Source: a virus. Taken from it: DNA of 64,000 bases. This document shows, one piece after another, positions 49,901 through 57,515 of the stretch (position 1 is the first letter of the stretch; every line of letters starts with the position of its first letter). The stretch spans positions 63,742-127,741 of IMG/VR virus record IMGVR_UViG_3300009008_000009; one strand, written 5' to 3'. The position numbers and the translations under genes were made by a program. The notes beneath the pieces are model-generated. The model was not told the origin of the DNA. It saw only the letters and a program-made list of their open reading frames with translations, and did no database searches.

Positions 49901-50279
49901 CTGCAACCTTCGCAGCTAAGTGTGATTCAACGCCAACGACGGCAACTCGGATGGATCTGGTATCGTCGTTTGCATCGATGTCCAAGAAGCTGCTGGCACG
50001 CTTCCGTGCGGCCTTCTTGCTGGTTCGGGGGTTACCGCCAATCTCGACAGTCCGACCACCACGATGTGCAAATCTGGCTTTCATAGTCCTTCTCCCGGTG
50101 AGGGGGAATAGCTCCACCCCTGTTACCTCTGCTATCAACTCCCGAAATGCCGCCTCGTCAATTGGGTCTTGCTCGAGAATAGCATCCATACGGGCAACTT
50201 GATCTTCGTCTGCGTCCCGAAAGAACTGGGCCATTTCCATTACCCCAAGATTTCCCGGGTATGAAAGCCCACGTCTCAC
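43998..50279 (-). CDS. 2093-aa acidic multi-module protein, probably a virion-internal polyprotein
   Basis: Embedded among neck genes with coupled start and stop; acidic modules joined by basic linkers; internal duplications. Confidence 0.8.
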   Translation of the reverse strand: MRRGLSYPGNLGVMEMAQFFRDADEDQVARMDAILEQDPIDEAAFRELIAEVTGVELFPLTGRRTMKARFAHRGGRTVEIGGNPRTSKKAARKRASSFLDIDANDDTRSIRVAVVGVESHLAAKVAASVQRHIGATDMFDTADGREIIATFYGSDAQAYVSALRIARSTGRTVTLSRNGGMMQVFPPIYPVCDTCGKTARESKLGKQRVLACPDYLNGETDHICVDNGAPVTGMGSRIFPGDTYVLSRDVIASLVATSADVSEVTQLLESITDDFDVSDQGSGLGFVDVSIDPNKSTEATNILEDAGYMVEDNGAGRDARGPVHFLLVSGRPQWYSTSRSSQDNLGIIAAKTKLTVVSYAYPTVQVLDGDIELAVLAADLVASGSRAGEIKNAKVLASWGDDLITLYGTKSKLILANGAGDQMVMKEYASVETAIEDARQAADDIEAEEVYEVYMDVDALKDVKLITSRKRGASADTWLQIAEERKPGGVPLKEITDEYFPVGTKVETITAFSMTANPEQIYAVGDTGVVTENTGSEFTVKMDKDDEEVKFGWDEFLDSYDTTEFRSSRRKKADAASTITSLLADLDKALTDSMYVDALLQNVSDAMGHGEFGSALTEESWDKMESALLDRDLDRIEAILKYVQTTANTHVPSDPFTENPTEILALIQETREDEDGSLKGDLDQVLANFLTTVMEDDWTAKLEAAISTDNLDEIAAVLTDMQTVEPYASRVLHYSSRGATTAAKTSYEWAPVPETDDERAAMREWVKIVEDSVGNVVDHDEKMKDVAERHNLTFEELHMLAYGTEPTMMASTHEATDLVTENPTEILALIQRARDDEDGTARDELDRTLSNFLTTVMEDEWTSKLESAISTDSLDDIEAVLTAMKDVEPYASRTSSTVRVASYGPEEAAGDDDVTYHIRLEGSYLANGNPPTDLNTVFPEELLARVEDAESKESTESIYYSWDAWEWWTHLSEAGRQQALESLAGSELNILSVGAEMLCELDWYTISNIIRRITGGWDEGDQAVNDLLKPEAEADKAVSSTNRVYMYFRLKGTVAASTVLHLLDKTAGWSYADIQDNFGSFASWWGPSDYYDYYDCCSPVSYYGKKHGKKLADMVGPRIWIASADGEEQHKNADFMEPVTMYDTWVVGYAYSGGFVLPSELTGLPTNKDPESEEFQTWLDSIRDYVEGDDIYEDEIYFKEGWCAQLSAPGYMDQTDWVGPYDSEEEAENELQQLYGSVQVQDNGPFLSRRNRRTKRAGQTSFSLSPDTDIADLAQVLTGAGIPDSDYSLEGDAASMTLWIQDEDVERVTDLLDIFMEGSGGGQVTDPPFLSRRNRRTKRAGMYPGAETGYDFSTDIGQDTVSQALQEAGVGSENFYFEESGDITTLWVRDEYDDDVVRVMDSIMEQAGGLVTDPFLSSKSKRAYDGEDVVEAEPDDIVFDGTDAYQKGDIVIEETYDGAWITSDGTQYSGHNDKVDAVEHETELYGEATGTDTDDLSMSMDEWTRWEEENIIPRLTRVETGFRVKSDGRIFEDRDEAIKHHMENDQFYPNVWIQDDHGGMEMITISRTRKQMRATRVRRAQDGDEVAVGFTILFAEHDWEEDHPDEDEISDTQYLQDRETAFANVVQAIESAIPEVNTQSGVKETDDHGNLIYTVSMPKSSLATMEDWLNSNDMGGYALDTEVQYFTATEWVLFPTASIGTDTMIDIDSGWDEYTSSKKADANETGSPRGTAFWEEYKRTTVMGSTESQASVNIWESNENGDQLASNPYQDFASAEEAESWLDQEGYTEVGVAGGGVLFSAPFTDGPGETYFLLKDAGNVAELGVGGDPSDMDFPTISPEGIANAVRILNENEGGGATVAPASLYTFFDADFTDQAEIDKAVSEAVSQGLVNDDGSGFLSVAHKRRASIAEDFESELESAGVQQVVVEMSDKPGYVDLTIDNDHAQTARDIGADLGLILEDEDQPYVPGTLMDGTSTVMMFKISKDAQLEATANTEVAFEPYDWGGIIKVQTPSYTMTAGWERNDYSSLETFLDALNSGGTFTDWDEQTPVEVELLDDGGAKISSPSYSDELSADVLSDLKNYANEVIRGDEY
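46258..46548. repeat. Perfect 42-bp direct repeat (46258-46299 and 46507-46548)
   Basis: ccagcacgtttggtccgacgattcctacggctcagaaaagga occurs twice, 249 nt apart; encodes the FLSRRNRRTKRAG linker. Confidence 0.95.
47601..48311. repeat. Duplicated module of about 74 aa within the giant ORF
   Basis: TENPTEILALIQ...VEPYASR occurs twice, 489 nt apart; 35 bp identical at 47788-47822 and 48277-48311. Confidence 0.9.
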
Positions 50280-51031
50280 AGGTTCACCTCTTGTAAATAG
50301 TGCCCCGGCTCAAGCTGATCAATCGTACAGACCTGCAGCGTGATGTAACCTTGAATCTCACGCCGTCTGACGTTCTTGATTGAGAAACGCTCGCCGTTCG
50401 GGCGCACTATAAAATCTCCAATTTCCATGATCGGATATGGAGGTACAAAAGCAATTCTACTCTCGCCCAGCCGATAACCTTCCGGCAACATCTCAATGAC
50501 TTCTTGGGCATTTCTAATTCGAATGACCTCATCAGAGAGCTTTACAAAGCCCCCGGTGATCCCTGTGTTATAGCAGGTCAGGCATATTCTATTCTCGTGC
50601 TCGTTGCGGTAACCGTCACCGCTTATGCGACCACACTCTGAACATGGTTCTCCAGCCTGCCGCATCAAGTAAAGGTCGCACGACTCGCCGGAAAACTTAT
50701 CAAACATCAAGTTGTGCCGTCGAACGATCTCCAATGCTGCCCACTTGGTCGGTCCAAACAAAGTAGCCAAGTATGGAGCTGATCCTGCATGAGCCTGTTC
50801 ACCCTCTGATGTAACCGCAACAACCTTCCAGTAAGCTCGACGTTCTGAGGTGAGCTTGAAGTCAGTGTCTTGGTACATCAACACCGCCAGCTGCGTGTCG
50901 TTGAGCTTGGTCCACGGCCCGCCCGGACTCGGACTCCGGTAGACATTGTATCCTAACGGGTGCGCAGCCACATAAGCATTCCACGCAAGAATAGGAGTCT
51001 GGGCGGTATATGTAATTGCAAGGGAACCCAT
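50276..51031 (-). CDS. Head-closure/neck protein with FN3-like N-domain and Zn finger
   Basis: GYNVYRS...YWKV; CSEC...CLTCYNTGITGGF; IGDFIV...GERF; start moved to ATG 51031 (TAATG overlap). Confidence 0.65.
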   Translation of the reverse strand: MGSLAITYTAQTPILAWNAYVAAHPLGYNVYRSPSPGGPWTKLNDTQLAVLMYQDTDFKLTSERRAYWKVVAVTSEGEQAHAGSAPYLATLFGPTKWAALEIVRRHNLMFDKFSGESCDLYLMRQAGEPCSECGRISGDGYRNEHENRICLTCYNTGITGGFVKLSDEVIRIRNAQEVIEMLPEGYRLGESRIAFVPPYPIMEIGDFIVRPNGERFSIKNVRRREIQGYITLQVCTIDQLEPGHYLQEVNL

Positions 51032-51885
51032 TATGCGATCACCCCGGAAACCCCAGACAGTACCGATTGCATGTTCGGGTGGAAGCTGAAGGACCGGATG
51101 ATGGTGTAAGGCAGTCGGGTTTGTCCCATACCAATAGCACCCGCCCGGCTGTAAGCGTAATTCCGTTTGACCCGTCCCACCATCTGCAACCACTGTGTAT
51201 AAAGAGCTTGTGCCATCGTCAGGTACTTCTGGCTCCTGTCGATAGCAAAACTAATCTCGTCGTTATAGTTAAGCGTGTTCGCCACCTCCAGCAGCCCACG
51301 CTGGTGCAGAGCGTAAAATACAGCCCCGTCTACAAGCAGCCCCGGCCACGGCATGTTTCCAATGCTCCAAGTGTAATCACTTGGTGGCGTGTGGTTGATA
51401 AAGTTCAGCGAACGTGTGATTGCATCGTAGAGTTGTCCATCTTCCCACTTGTATTTCTCTGGGTCATCGATCTGGTATAGCGCCGGTATGCGGTCCGACA
51501 CCGACTGCCGTACGAGGTCGATGTAGTACTGCGCGGTGGGAGCACTTCGAATCTGAAACGTCCCAGTGATCTGAACTGTGTCGCCAGTCGCACTGGGATA
51601 ATTGCCAGACATGGTTATGTTATAAGTACCATCGTCCAACCACGAAGAACTGGCAAGGAAGGTGATGTGAAATAGCCCTGTTTCCTCACCATGCTTGGTA
51701 AAGGGTACGAGGAGGTTAGCGTCCGGGACAGTAACGTCAGTCCCCCCAGTCGTCGCCATCGAGAACTGAGGGGACAGAACGTTTATCGCCGTTCCACCTG
51801 AAGTGAAGGTGCAGAAAAGCTCGACATGTTCTCCGTTAGAATTTACGGAGACAACACCCGATCCAATTTCCTGAACAACGGACAC
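51031..51885 (-). CDS. Head-tail adaptor/neck protein
   Basis: YKWEDGQL...INHTPP, YNDEISFAIDRS; follows the capsid genes. Confidence 0.65.
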   Translation of the reverse strand: MSVVQEIGSGVVSVNSNGEHVELFCTFTSGGTAINVLSPQFSMATTGGTDVTVPDANLLVPFTKHGEETGLFHITFLASSSWLDDGTYNITMSGNYPSATGDTVQITGTFQIRSAPTAQYYIDLVRQSVSDRIPALYQIDDPEKYKWEDGQLYDAITRSLNFINHTPPSDYTWSIGNMPWPGLLVDGAVFYALHQRGLLEVANTLNYNDEISFAIDRSQKYLTMAQALYTQWLQMVGRVKRNYAYSRAGAIGMGQTRLPYTIIRSFSFHPNMQSVLSGVSGVIA

Positions 51886-51888
51886 ACC

Positions 51889-52395
51889 TTACTCCTCCAT
51901 GTAGTCTTTGATAGCTTGCACGATCTCAGGGCTCTTCTTCATACGTGCAAGTGCGTGGTCACGGTCGTCAAACCGCCAGTTACCCTTCCCGTTTGGTTTG
52001 GGAAGAGTCAAACGCCCTGATTCAGCCTCGCTGACGATCTCAAGGGTAACGGCAGTGTCAAAGAGAACAGCGTTCGGATCGGCCTCTTGGTCTTCCTCAG
52101 CCTCATCTTCGACCTCATCCTCTTCTGCGTCAGCTTCTGGTTCCGGAGTTGGTTCCGGTTCCACTGGCTTTGGTTTCGGCGTGGCCTTCGGAGGTGCAGG
52201 TGGATCAACAAGATCTACCCATCCCATACGAATGGCGTTCGACAGGGAAACAGCGGCATCCACTGCATCCTTTCCGTACTGTGCCACCAAGTCGTACTGA
52301 CCCCCCGGCGTCAAGGTGATCCCCAACTCCGGTATAAAAAGGTTGCCTACTTCTTTGTTGGCTACCTTCCCGGGGTTTATCATGTACCGCTTCAT
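51889..52395 (-). CDS. Hypothetical head-module protein
   Basis: GGAGG RBS; two small domains separated by a Pro/Glu linker. Confidence 0.65.
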   Translation of the reverse strand: MKRYMINPGKVANKEVGNLFIPELGITLTPGGQYDLVAQYGKDAVDAAVSLSNAIRMGWVDLVDPPAPPKATPKPKPVEPEPTPEPEADAEEDEVEDEAEEDQEADPNAVLFDTAVTLEIVSEAESGRLTLPKPNGKGNWRFDDRDHALARMKKSPEIVQAIKDYMEE

Positions 52396-52400
52396 AGCTA

Positions 52401-53249
52401 CTACCTCCCGAGAGTGGATGAGCCGCGACCACTCTGTGTGGTACGGCGCTGCGCGAGCTTGTTTTTCTTCAGCTTGTCGTTACGCTCTTCTTCCTTGCGC
52501 AGGTCTTCTGCGAGCTTGTCGTCATACTCATTTGGCTCGTCTTCAAACCGGTCTCCCGGCTTGTGCTTCTCAACCAGCGGCTTCACAATCGCGCCTTCTG
52601 GTAATGGATCATCGAGACTTTCAATCTCAACCAGCAGCGATAGATTGTTGTTCGTGCTCGTCTTCTTCATCGCACGAACAAGACCAACTGACTTGTTGAT
52701 TTCCCGTGCTTCGAACAGTTGAAGTAGGTCAATCTTTTCACCGGGCTGAAGTGCCAGTCCCTCCCCGTCCTGCCCGGCAGATCGAAGGTCAGGGATAATC
52801 AAAAGGCCCCCAGAGGTGTTCGCCACGAAACGAACACGTGGTCGTTTGGACCCCGCAAGCGCTGCAGGATCAGCGGCGTCGTCGCCAAGTCCCGGCATCA
52901 AGTAGTCGACCGGGATTTCGACCGGGTTGGGGATGTTGTCAAGTTTCACATGTGCGAACCCCTTCTCGAGGTGCACTCGGTAAATCTTACCCTTCATCCC
53001 ACGGAAGGCTTCGGACTTCTCATCACCACCCAGAACAACAATGTCATCACCATCGTTCAAGCTGGTCGGTACTGTGGTCGCTGCCAAGCGATCCTCGGTT
53101 TTGGAAGCGGAAGTCTCCACGCTTTCCACGGCCTCATCCGTCGTTTCAACGGTCTGAGTCTGATCGTCTTTACCCTGCAATGGCCTATCTCCTTTTGAAC
53201 GCATTATGAGAAAAAGTGGGTCGGGCCTGCGTTCAACAACCCGACCCAC
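52401..53249 (-). CDS. Hypothetical head-module protein with KOW/SH3-like domain
   Basis: GDDIVV...FRGMKGKIYRV...AHVKLD; true start probably TTG 53180 (AAGGAG RBS) or ATG 53204. Confidence 0.65.
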   Translation of the reverse strand: MGRVVERRPDPLFLIMRSKGDRPLQGKDDQTQTVETTDEAVESVETSASKTEDRLAATTVPTSLNDGDDIVVLGGDEKSEAFRGMKGKIYRVHLEKGFAHVKLDNIPNPVEIPVDYLMPGLGDDAADPAALAGSKRPRVRFVANTSGGLLIIPDLRSAGQDGEGLALQPGEKIDLLQLFEAREINKSVGLVRAMKKTSTNNNLSLLVEIESLDDPLPEGAIVKPLVEKHKPGDRFEDEPNEYDDKLAEDLRKEEERNDKLKKNKLAQRRTTQSGRGSSTLGR

Positions 53250-53285
53250 TTAACTGAGTTCACAATGGAACCAATACCAGCCTGC

Positions 53286-54242
53286 TTACGCAGTGCTGTC
53301 GAAGGTACCCTTGTTGACACCACGGGCGTTGATGATCGCCATGCCAAGATACTCGTACCCGGTGAAGCCGAGCAGGAGGTTGTCAGGATCATCAGCCGGG
53401 ATGGCTTCGAAGTCCTTACGGATCGGCATCCATGCCAGCCATTCCGGCCCAGCAGTCGGATAGAACGTACCAGCGGTGAGCTGGTCGCTGATCCAGAGCT
53501 TCGCGCCCCAGATGGAACCGATGTAACCGGTCTGGCGAACTTCCTGACGTGCCACTTCGTCGAGATCAAGATAGCTCCAGCGGCGAATGCCCTGAATACC
53601 GTATGCGGTCATCAGAACGTTCTCGACCACCAGACGGTTGGCCTCAATCGGAGTGAACGCCATTGCCAGCGCGTCCTTCGTGAGCTTCGTGGCTACGGAT
53701 GTCGCCGTGTAGTAGGTGCTGTATGCGCTTTCGAAGAGCCCGAACATGTAGAGGTCTTCGCGGAGCATCATGGACTGTTCCAGACGATCCTTGGTGCGCT
53801 TCATCACCTGATACAGACGACTGTAGAGTTCCGAGTACGGAATCTTCGGACGTGCCACAATCTCAAACGGTTCCAGCGTTACGCGGTCGACTTCGATCTC
53901 GATGAATCGAGTGGTACCGTTGTGGCCAATGATGGCTGCCGTGAACTCTTCGACATCGCTGTCGTAGATCATTGGCATTCCATCCGCCCACGGTTCAACC
54001 ACGGCGAACTTACGTCCAATACCCTCATAGTCCAACTTCTGACGGACCGGGCTGGACAGGTTTGCGGCGATCTTTGCCAGACCTGCTGAGGTCGACATGG
54101 CCGCTCGAAGGGTCTGCTCCTTCTTCGCAATCTTCTGCAGTGTGGCTTCACGGGACATGTGGCCTCCGCGAGCTGGCTGCTGAATGTTGCGAGTCGTACG
54201 GGAGGCAGCACCCTTGTTCTGCTTGTTCAGCTTATCGAACAC
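53286..54242 (-). CDS. Major capsid protein (HK97 fold)
   Basis: PVRQKLDYEGIGRK, FEIVARPKI, GSIWGAKL, YEYLGMAIINARGV; follows scaffold and decoration genes; strong RBS. Confidence 0.88.
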   Translation of the reverse strand: MFDKLNKQNKGAASRTTRNIQQPARGGHMSREATLQKIAKKEQTLRAAMSTSAGLAKIAANLSSPVRQKLDYEGIGRKFAVVEPWADGMPMIYDSDVEEFTAAIIGHNGTTRFIEIEVDRVTLEPFEIVARPKIPYSELYSRLYQVMKRTKDRLEQSMMLREDLYMFGLFESAYSTYYTATSVATKLTKDALAMAFTPIEANRLVVENVLMTAYGIQGIRRWSYLDLDEVARQEVRQTGYIGSIWGAKLWISDQLTAGTFYPTAGPEWLAWMPIRKDFEAIPADDPDNLLLGFTGYEYLGMAIINARGVNKGTFDSTA

Positions 54243-54257
54243 GGTGAATTACCTCCC

Positions 54258-54716
54258 TCAGTAGAACAGTACCGTCAGGTACGTGGTACCGACCTCGAGG
54301 ACAGTGCCTCGTACGATACCCGAACCCGGGTCTGTTAGTGTCCATTTGCCAGTGGCCGCAACGTACAATGGGGAACCAACCGCCCACGAATCACCTGCCG
54401 TGTAGGGAAGTGCGTCCGCGTAGGTTGTCTGTGCAGAACTCGTCGTACCTGACGTGAACTGACAGATGAGTGTTCCGGAGTAGAACGTTGCCTTGTGAGT
54501 TGCTGCAGTCCTCCCGGCGAAGTCGCGAAGCTTGGAGTTCGCGAAAATGCCGACGTAGGCGCTCGGTGTACCGGTGGAAAGGTCGCTGGTGCAAAGGTCC
54601 AGCGTGCCGCCAGTGGTCATCTTGGCGGGGGAACCACCGTAATACTCGGTTACGCCCGAGGAGACAGTGAACTCACCATTTTTCAGGCCACCGATTTCAA
54701 GTGCTCGTCCCAGCAT
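54258..54716 (-). CDS. Capsid decoration/cement protein
   Basis: 152-aa G/T-rich protein; WAVGSPLYV...GKWT...GTV pattern; directly upstream of the capsid gene. Confidence 0.7.
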   Translation of the reverse strand: MLGRALEIGGLKNGEFTVSSGVTEYYGGSPAKMTTGGTLDLCTSDLSTGTPSAYVGIFANSKLRDFAGRTAATHKATFYSGTLICQFTSGTTSSAQTTYADALPYTAGDSWAVGSPLYVAATGKWTLTDPGSGIVRGTVLEVGTTYLTVLFY

Positions 54717-54763
54717 CGGTGTGAGTCTCCGTTACAAGTGAAAGTTAAACTCTCTGCTGCCGA

Positions 54764-56887
54764 TCAGTCGAAGAATTCTGGGCTGTCCAGTGAGCAGTCG
54801 TCTGGCTGGCTGCCTCTGAACGTTGATTCCCGAGCCCTCAGGCCCCGATTTGCCTGTTCCTTGTTGGCCCGGCTGACCATACGCGACTGTCGCCTGTGCT
54901 CGCCATCAGTTGCTCGAGCTCCGCTGTAGTTCGGCGCGTTGTCAACCATGTTCTTCGCATTCTTGAAAGTAGTCTCGTCCATCTCGACTAGTGCCTTGAG
55001 CTCGGCAGCTTTCTTGCTCGGATGAATTAGACCTTTACGTAGCTGAGTGGCAACAACCTTCTCAGCTTCAAGTTTTCTCAGTTTCGAGTCCTTGACCTTA
55101 CCTTCCTTCTCAAGGTCGCTCACCTTGGAGGAAAGCCCGGCCAGCTTGCGCTTGGACTCAGTGGTACCGGCTTTGCCGCGTTTCTTCGGTGCGGCGGTCC
55201 CGTTGCCGTTCTGACGTGACTGATGGAGACGACCGAGACGACGAAGTCGAGCTGCGCGTGACTTCTTTTCGTCATCGTCATCTTCCTTCTTGCCGTCGTC
55301 CTTCTTGGCATCCTCGTCATCTGCTGCCTTACGCTTCTGCGGTGTTGGCAGCTTTCCATTGGTCGCTGACTTGGATGCTTCCCGGGTTGGGCGGGTGCCG
55401 TAGATTGCGTATACACCGTCGCCGTCAAACACACGGAATCCAGCTTCTTCCAGTTTGGCAGTGATGCCATTGACGATGTCGTTGGAAACCTCTCCACGTT
55501 TTTCATCGTCGTACTCACCCCACTGCGCCAGCACCCCAGTGACGTCAATGCCGTACGACGCAGCTTCCGCCATGATCACAGATGTGAACTCTGGGGTATC
55601 GTGAAGCGATGACATCAGGTACGTGGTCGGTTCCGCACCCTCAGGTGGCATACCTGAATCGTCCCATTCCCAGTCCGCAGTTGCGATCTTCGGTTTCGGA
55701 TGGCGAACTGCGCTCACGCGACGTTCCTTCTTCAACCCCATCACCGGATTATCGTTGACGTCGTCCGTGCCCTTCTGGAGCTTCGCTTCATCGTCAGCGG
55801 CGTGCGGGGGATCAGACTTACCAAGATCGGAACCGTCGGCCTTGCCTTCTTGCGCGTTCGTGGGCTCGGCGTCCTTGTTCTTACCACCTAGGTCGCCCTC
55901 TTGACCAGCGTCCGGCTTGGCGTCTGTGTTTCCACCACCAAGTGGGCCGTCCTGAGTGTCTTCCGGCTTGTCAGCGGCCTGCCGCTTACGCAACTTCAGC
56001 GGCTTTTTCGATGCCTTCTTGCCGTCATCGTCATCATCGTCATCATCGTCATCATCATCAGACGCGGCTGTAGTTTCATCCCAGTCATCGTCGTCGGTGA
56101 AGTTGAAGTCATCGTCGCTGCGCGTTTCATCTGCGGCTTTCTTAGACGCGGTCAGTGCATTCTTAATGTCGTCGTCGGTAAGCCCAGCGCCATGCATTCC
56201 TGTGCTCCAAATCCAGATGAGTGATGGGTCGTTGTCATCGTATTCAACCCAGCCACCCTTGACACCAATCTCACGAAGTCGCTTCTTGATCTCCGACTTC
56301 GACGTCAGAGTCGTGTTGTACCCGTTGGCACTTGCCATTCTACGGACCTTCATCTTGCTGCTCCTCGACGTGGCATGGCCTCCATCGGCCTGCGCAGTGA
56401 ATGGAAGAGAATTTTCACTAATATCCGATATATCGATGCCAAGCTGAGAAGCGGCTTCCTGCCTCGCTTCGTCGTATGTATAACCTTGGCCCATCAGTTC
56501 TGTTATCTTGTTAATGACTTCGGCAGCGTCCGCGCTGGTCTTCCTCCCATTGGCGGCGTCAGCGTCAATCACATCTTCATCAATATCATCGTCTTCGCTT
56601 GCCCCATCTGGGGTTGGACCACCTGTATCTTCTGAGTCCTCGCGGAATTCATCGATGGCGTTTTCAACGTCTGGTGGGGCTTCGCCAATGGTCGGGAGCT
56701 TTTCAATCCCTGTGCGAAGAATGGACTCACCAAGAGACGCTACCTTGTGCCGGTTAGCAGCGGAGGTGTCTTTGGCGTCGATGGAGGAGTCGATGGCGGT
56801 AACGTGGTCACGGAGCTTATTGGCAACGGATGCCTTCCGTGGTCCCTTCACCAACTTGTCTGCAACTAAGTCAAAAACGTCCTGCAT
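54764..56887 (-). CDS. Scaffold-like head assembly protein with inserted modules
   Basis: 707 aa, highly charged, C-terminal coiled coil (KGLI...AELKALVEMD..TF) and terminal FFD; lies between protease and capsid genes. Confidence 0.7.
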   Translation of the reverse strand: MQDVFDLVADKLVKGPRKASVANKLRDHVTAIDSSIDAKDTSAANRHKVASLGESILRTGIEKLPTIGEAPPDVENAIDEFREDSEDTGGPTPDGASEDDDIDEDVIDADAANGRKTSADAAEVINKITELMGQGYTYDEARQEAASQLGIDISDISENSLPFTAQADGGHATSRSSKMKVRRMASANGYNTTLTSKSEIKKRLREIGVKGGWVEYDDNDPSLIWIWSTGMHGAGLTDDDIKNALTASKKAADETRSDDDFNFTDDDDWDETTAASDDDDDDDDDDDDGKKASKKPLKLRKRQAADKPEDTQDGPLGGGNTDAKPDAGQEGDLGGKNKDAEPTNAQEGKADGSDLGKSDPPHAADDEAKLQKGTDDVNDNPVMGLKKERRVSAVRHPKPKIATADWEWDDSGMPPEGAEPTTYLMSSLHDTPEFTSVIMAEAASYGIDVTGVLAQWGEYDDEKRGEVSNDIVNGITAKLEEAGFRVFDGDGVYAIYGTRPTREASKSATNGKLPTPQKRKAADDEDAKKDDGKKEDDDDEKKSRAARLRRLGRLHQSRQNGNGTAAPKKRGKAGTTESKRKLAGLSSKVSDLEKEGKVKDSKLRKLEAEKVVATQLRKGLIHPSKKAAELKALVEMDETTFKNAKNMVDNAPNYSGARATDGEHRRQSRMVSRANKEQANRGLRARESTFRGSQPDDCSLDSPEFFD

Positions 56888-56919
56888 GAGAACAGCTCCT
56901 CTCTGTGGTCCTCTAACTC

Positions 56920-56930
56920 AATGATAGGAT
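56920..56930 (-). promoter_or_regulatory. Putative phage late promoter element (ATCCTATCATT)
   Basis: 33 nt upstream of the scaffold start; identical 11-mer at 59782-59792. Confidence 0.6.
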
Positions 56931-57004
56931 TGAGCTACGGTCATGAGGACTCAGATGAAGAGCTGCATCTTACTTCAAGTGGAGATGTAGTTATTGAATA
57001 TCTC

Positions 57005-57256
57005 TTACTCTACAAGTACAACCATAAGGTCGCGTTCGTTGAAGTCGGACTTCAACAACTCCAAGAACTGCGGATCGGATGGGTCATCAATATGTGCCGT
57101 GGCAACAAAGCCAGACGTCCCACGCCGGTTGTACAGAATATCGTACCCGTCACTTGAATGGAACCTGACCACGTAGTCGGGTTCTATCCCATCAATCGTA
57201 ATCGAGTCAGCGGTCCGGTCATCCTCGGACTTGAGTACTGCACATACCCTCTGCAT
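57005..57256 (-). CDS. Small hypothetical protein
   Basis: ATG 57256 with GAGGGG RBS, inside track ORF 57005..57349. Confidence 0.55.
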   Translation of the reverse strand: MQRVCAVLKSEDDRTADSITIDGIEPDYVVRFHSSDGYDILYNRRGTSGFVATAHIDDPSDPQFLELLKSDFNERDLMVVLVE

Positions 57257-57515
57257 AGGCCCCTCGTTGCTGCGTAGTGAATAGTTGGTCTGTGACCACC
57301 TTAACATCATCTTCCTGAAACGGCTGAGGGTACACTCCCTCACCGTCAAATTGAATCCATAGTAAAGTCACTGACCTCTTTCGAATCCGAATCTTCTTTG
57401 AGTCCACAACAAAGCCCTCGGCCCCGTTTCGAACTTCGAAGCTCACCCCACTATCAGTCACCGATCTTCGGTTACCGACCCGGGATTGAAATTGTACTCG
57501 GTCTCCGTCAGCCAT
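57219..57515 (-). CDS. Small hypothetical SH3-like protein
   Basis: GDRVQF...GAEGFVV...WIQFDG; TAATG coupling. Confidence 0.55.
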   Translation of the reverse strand: MADGDRVQFQSRVGNRRSVTDSGVSFEVRNGAEGFVVDSKKIRIRKRSVTLLWIQFDGEGVYPQPFQEDDVKVVTDQLFTTQQRGAYAEGMCSTQVRG

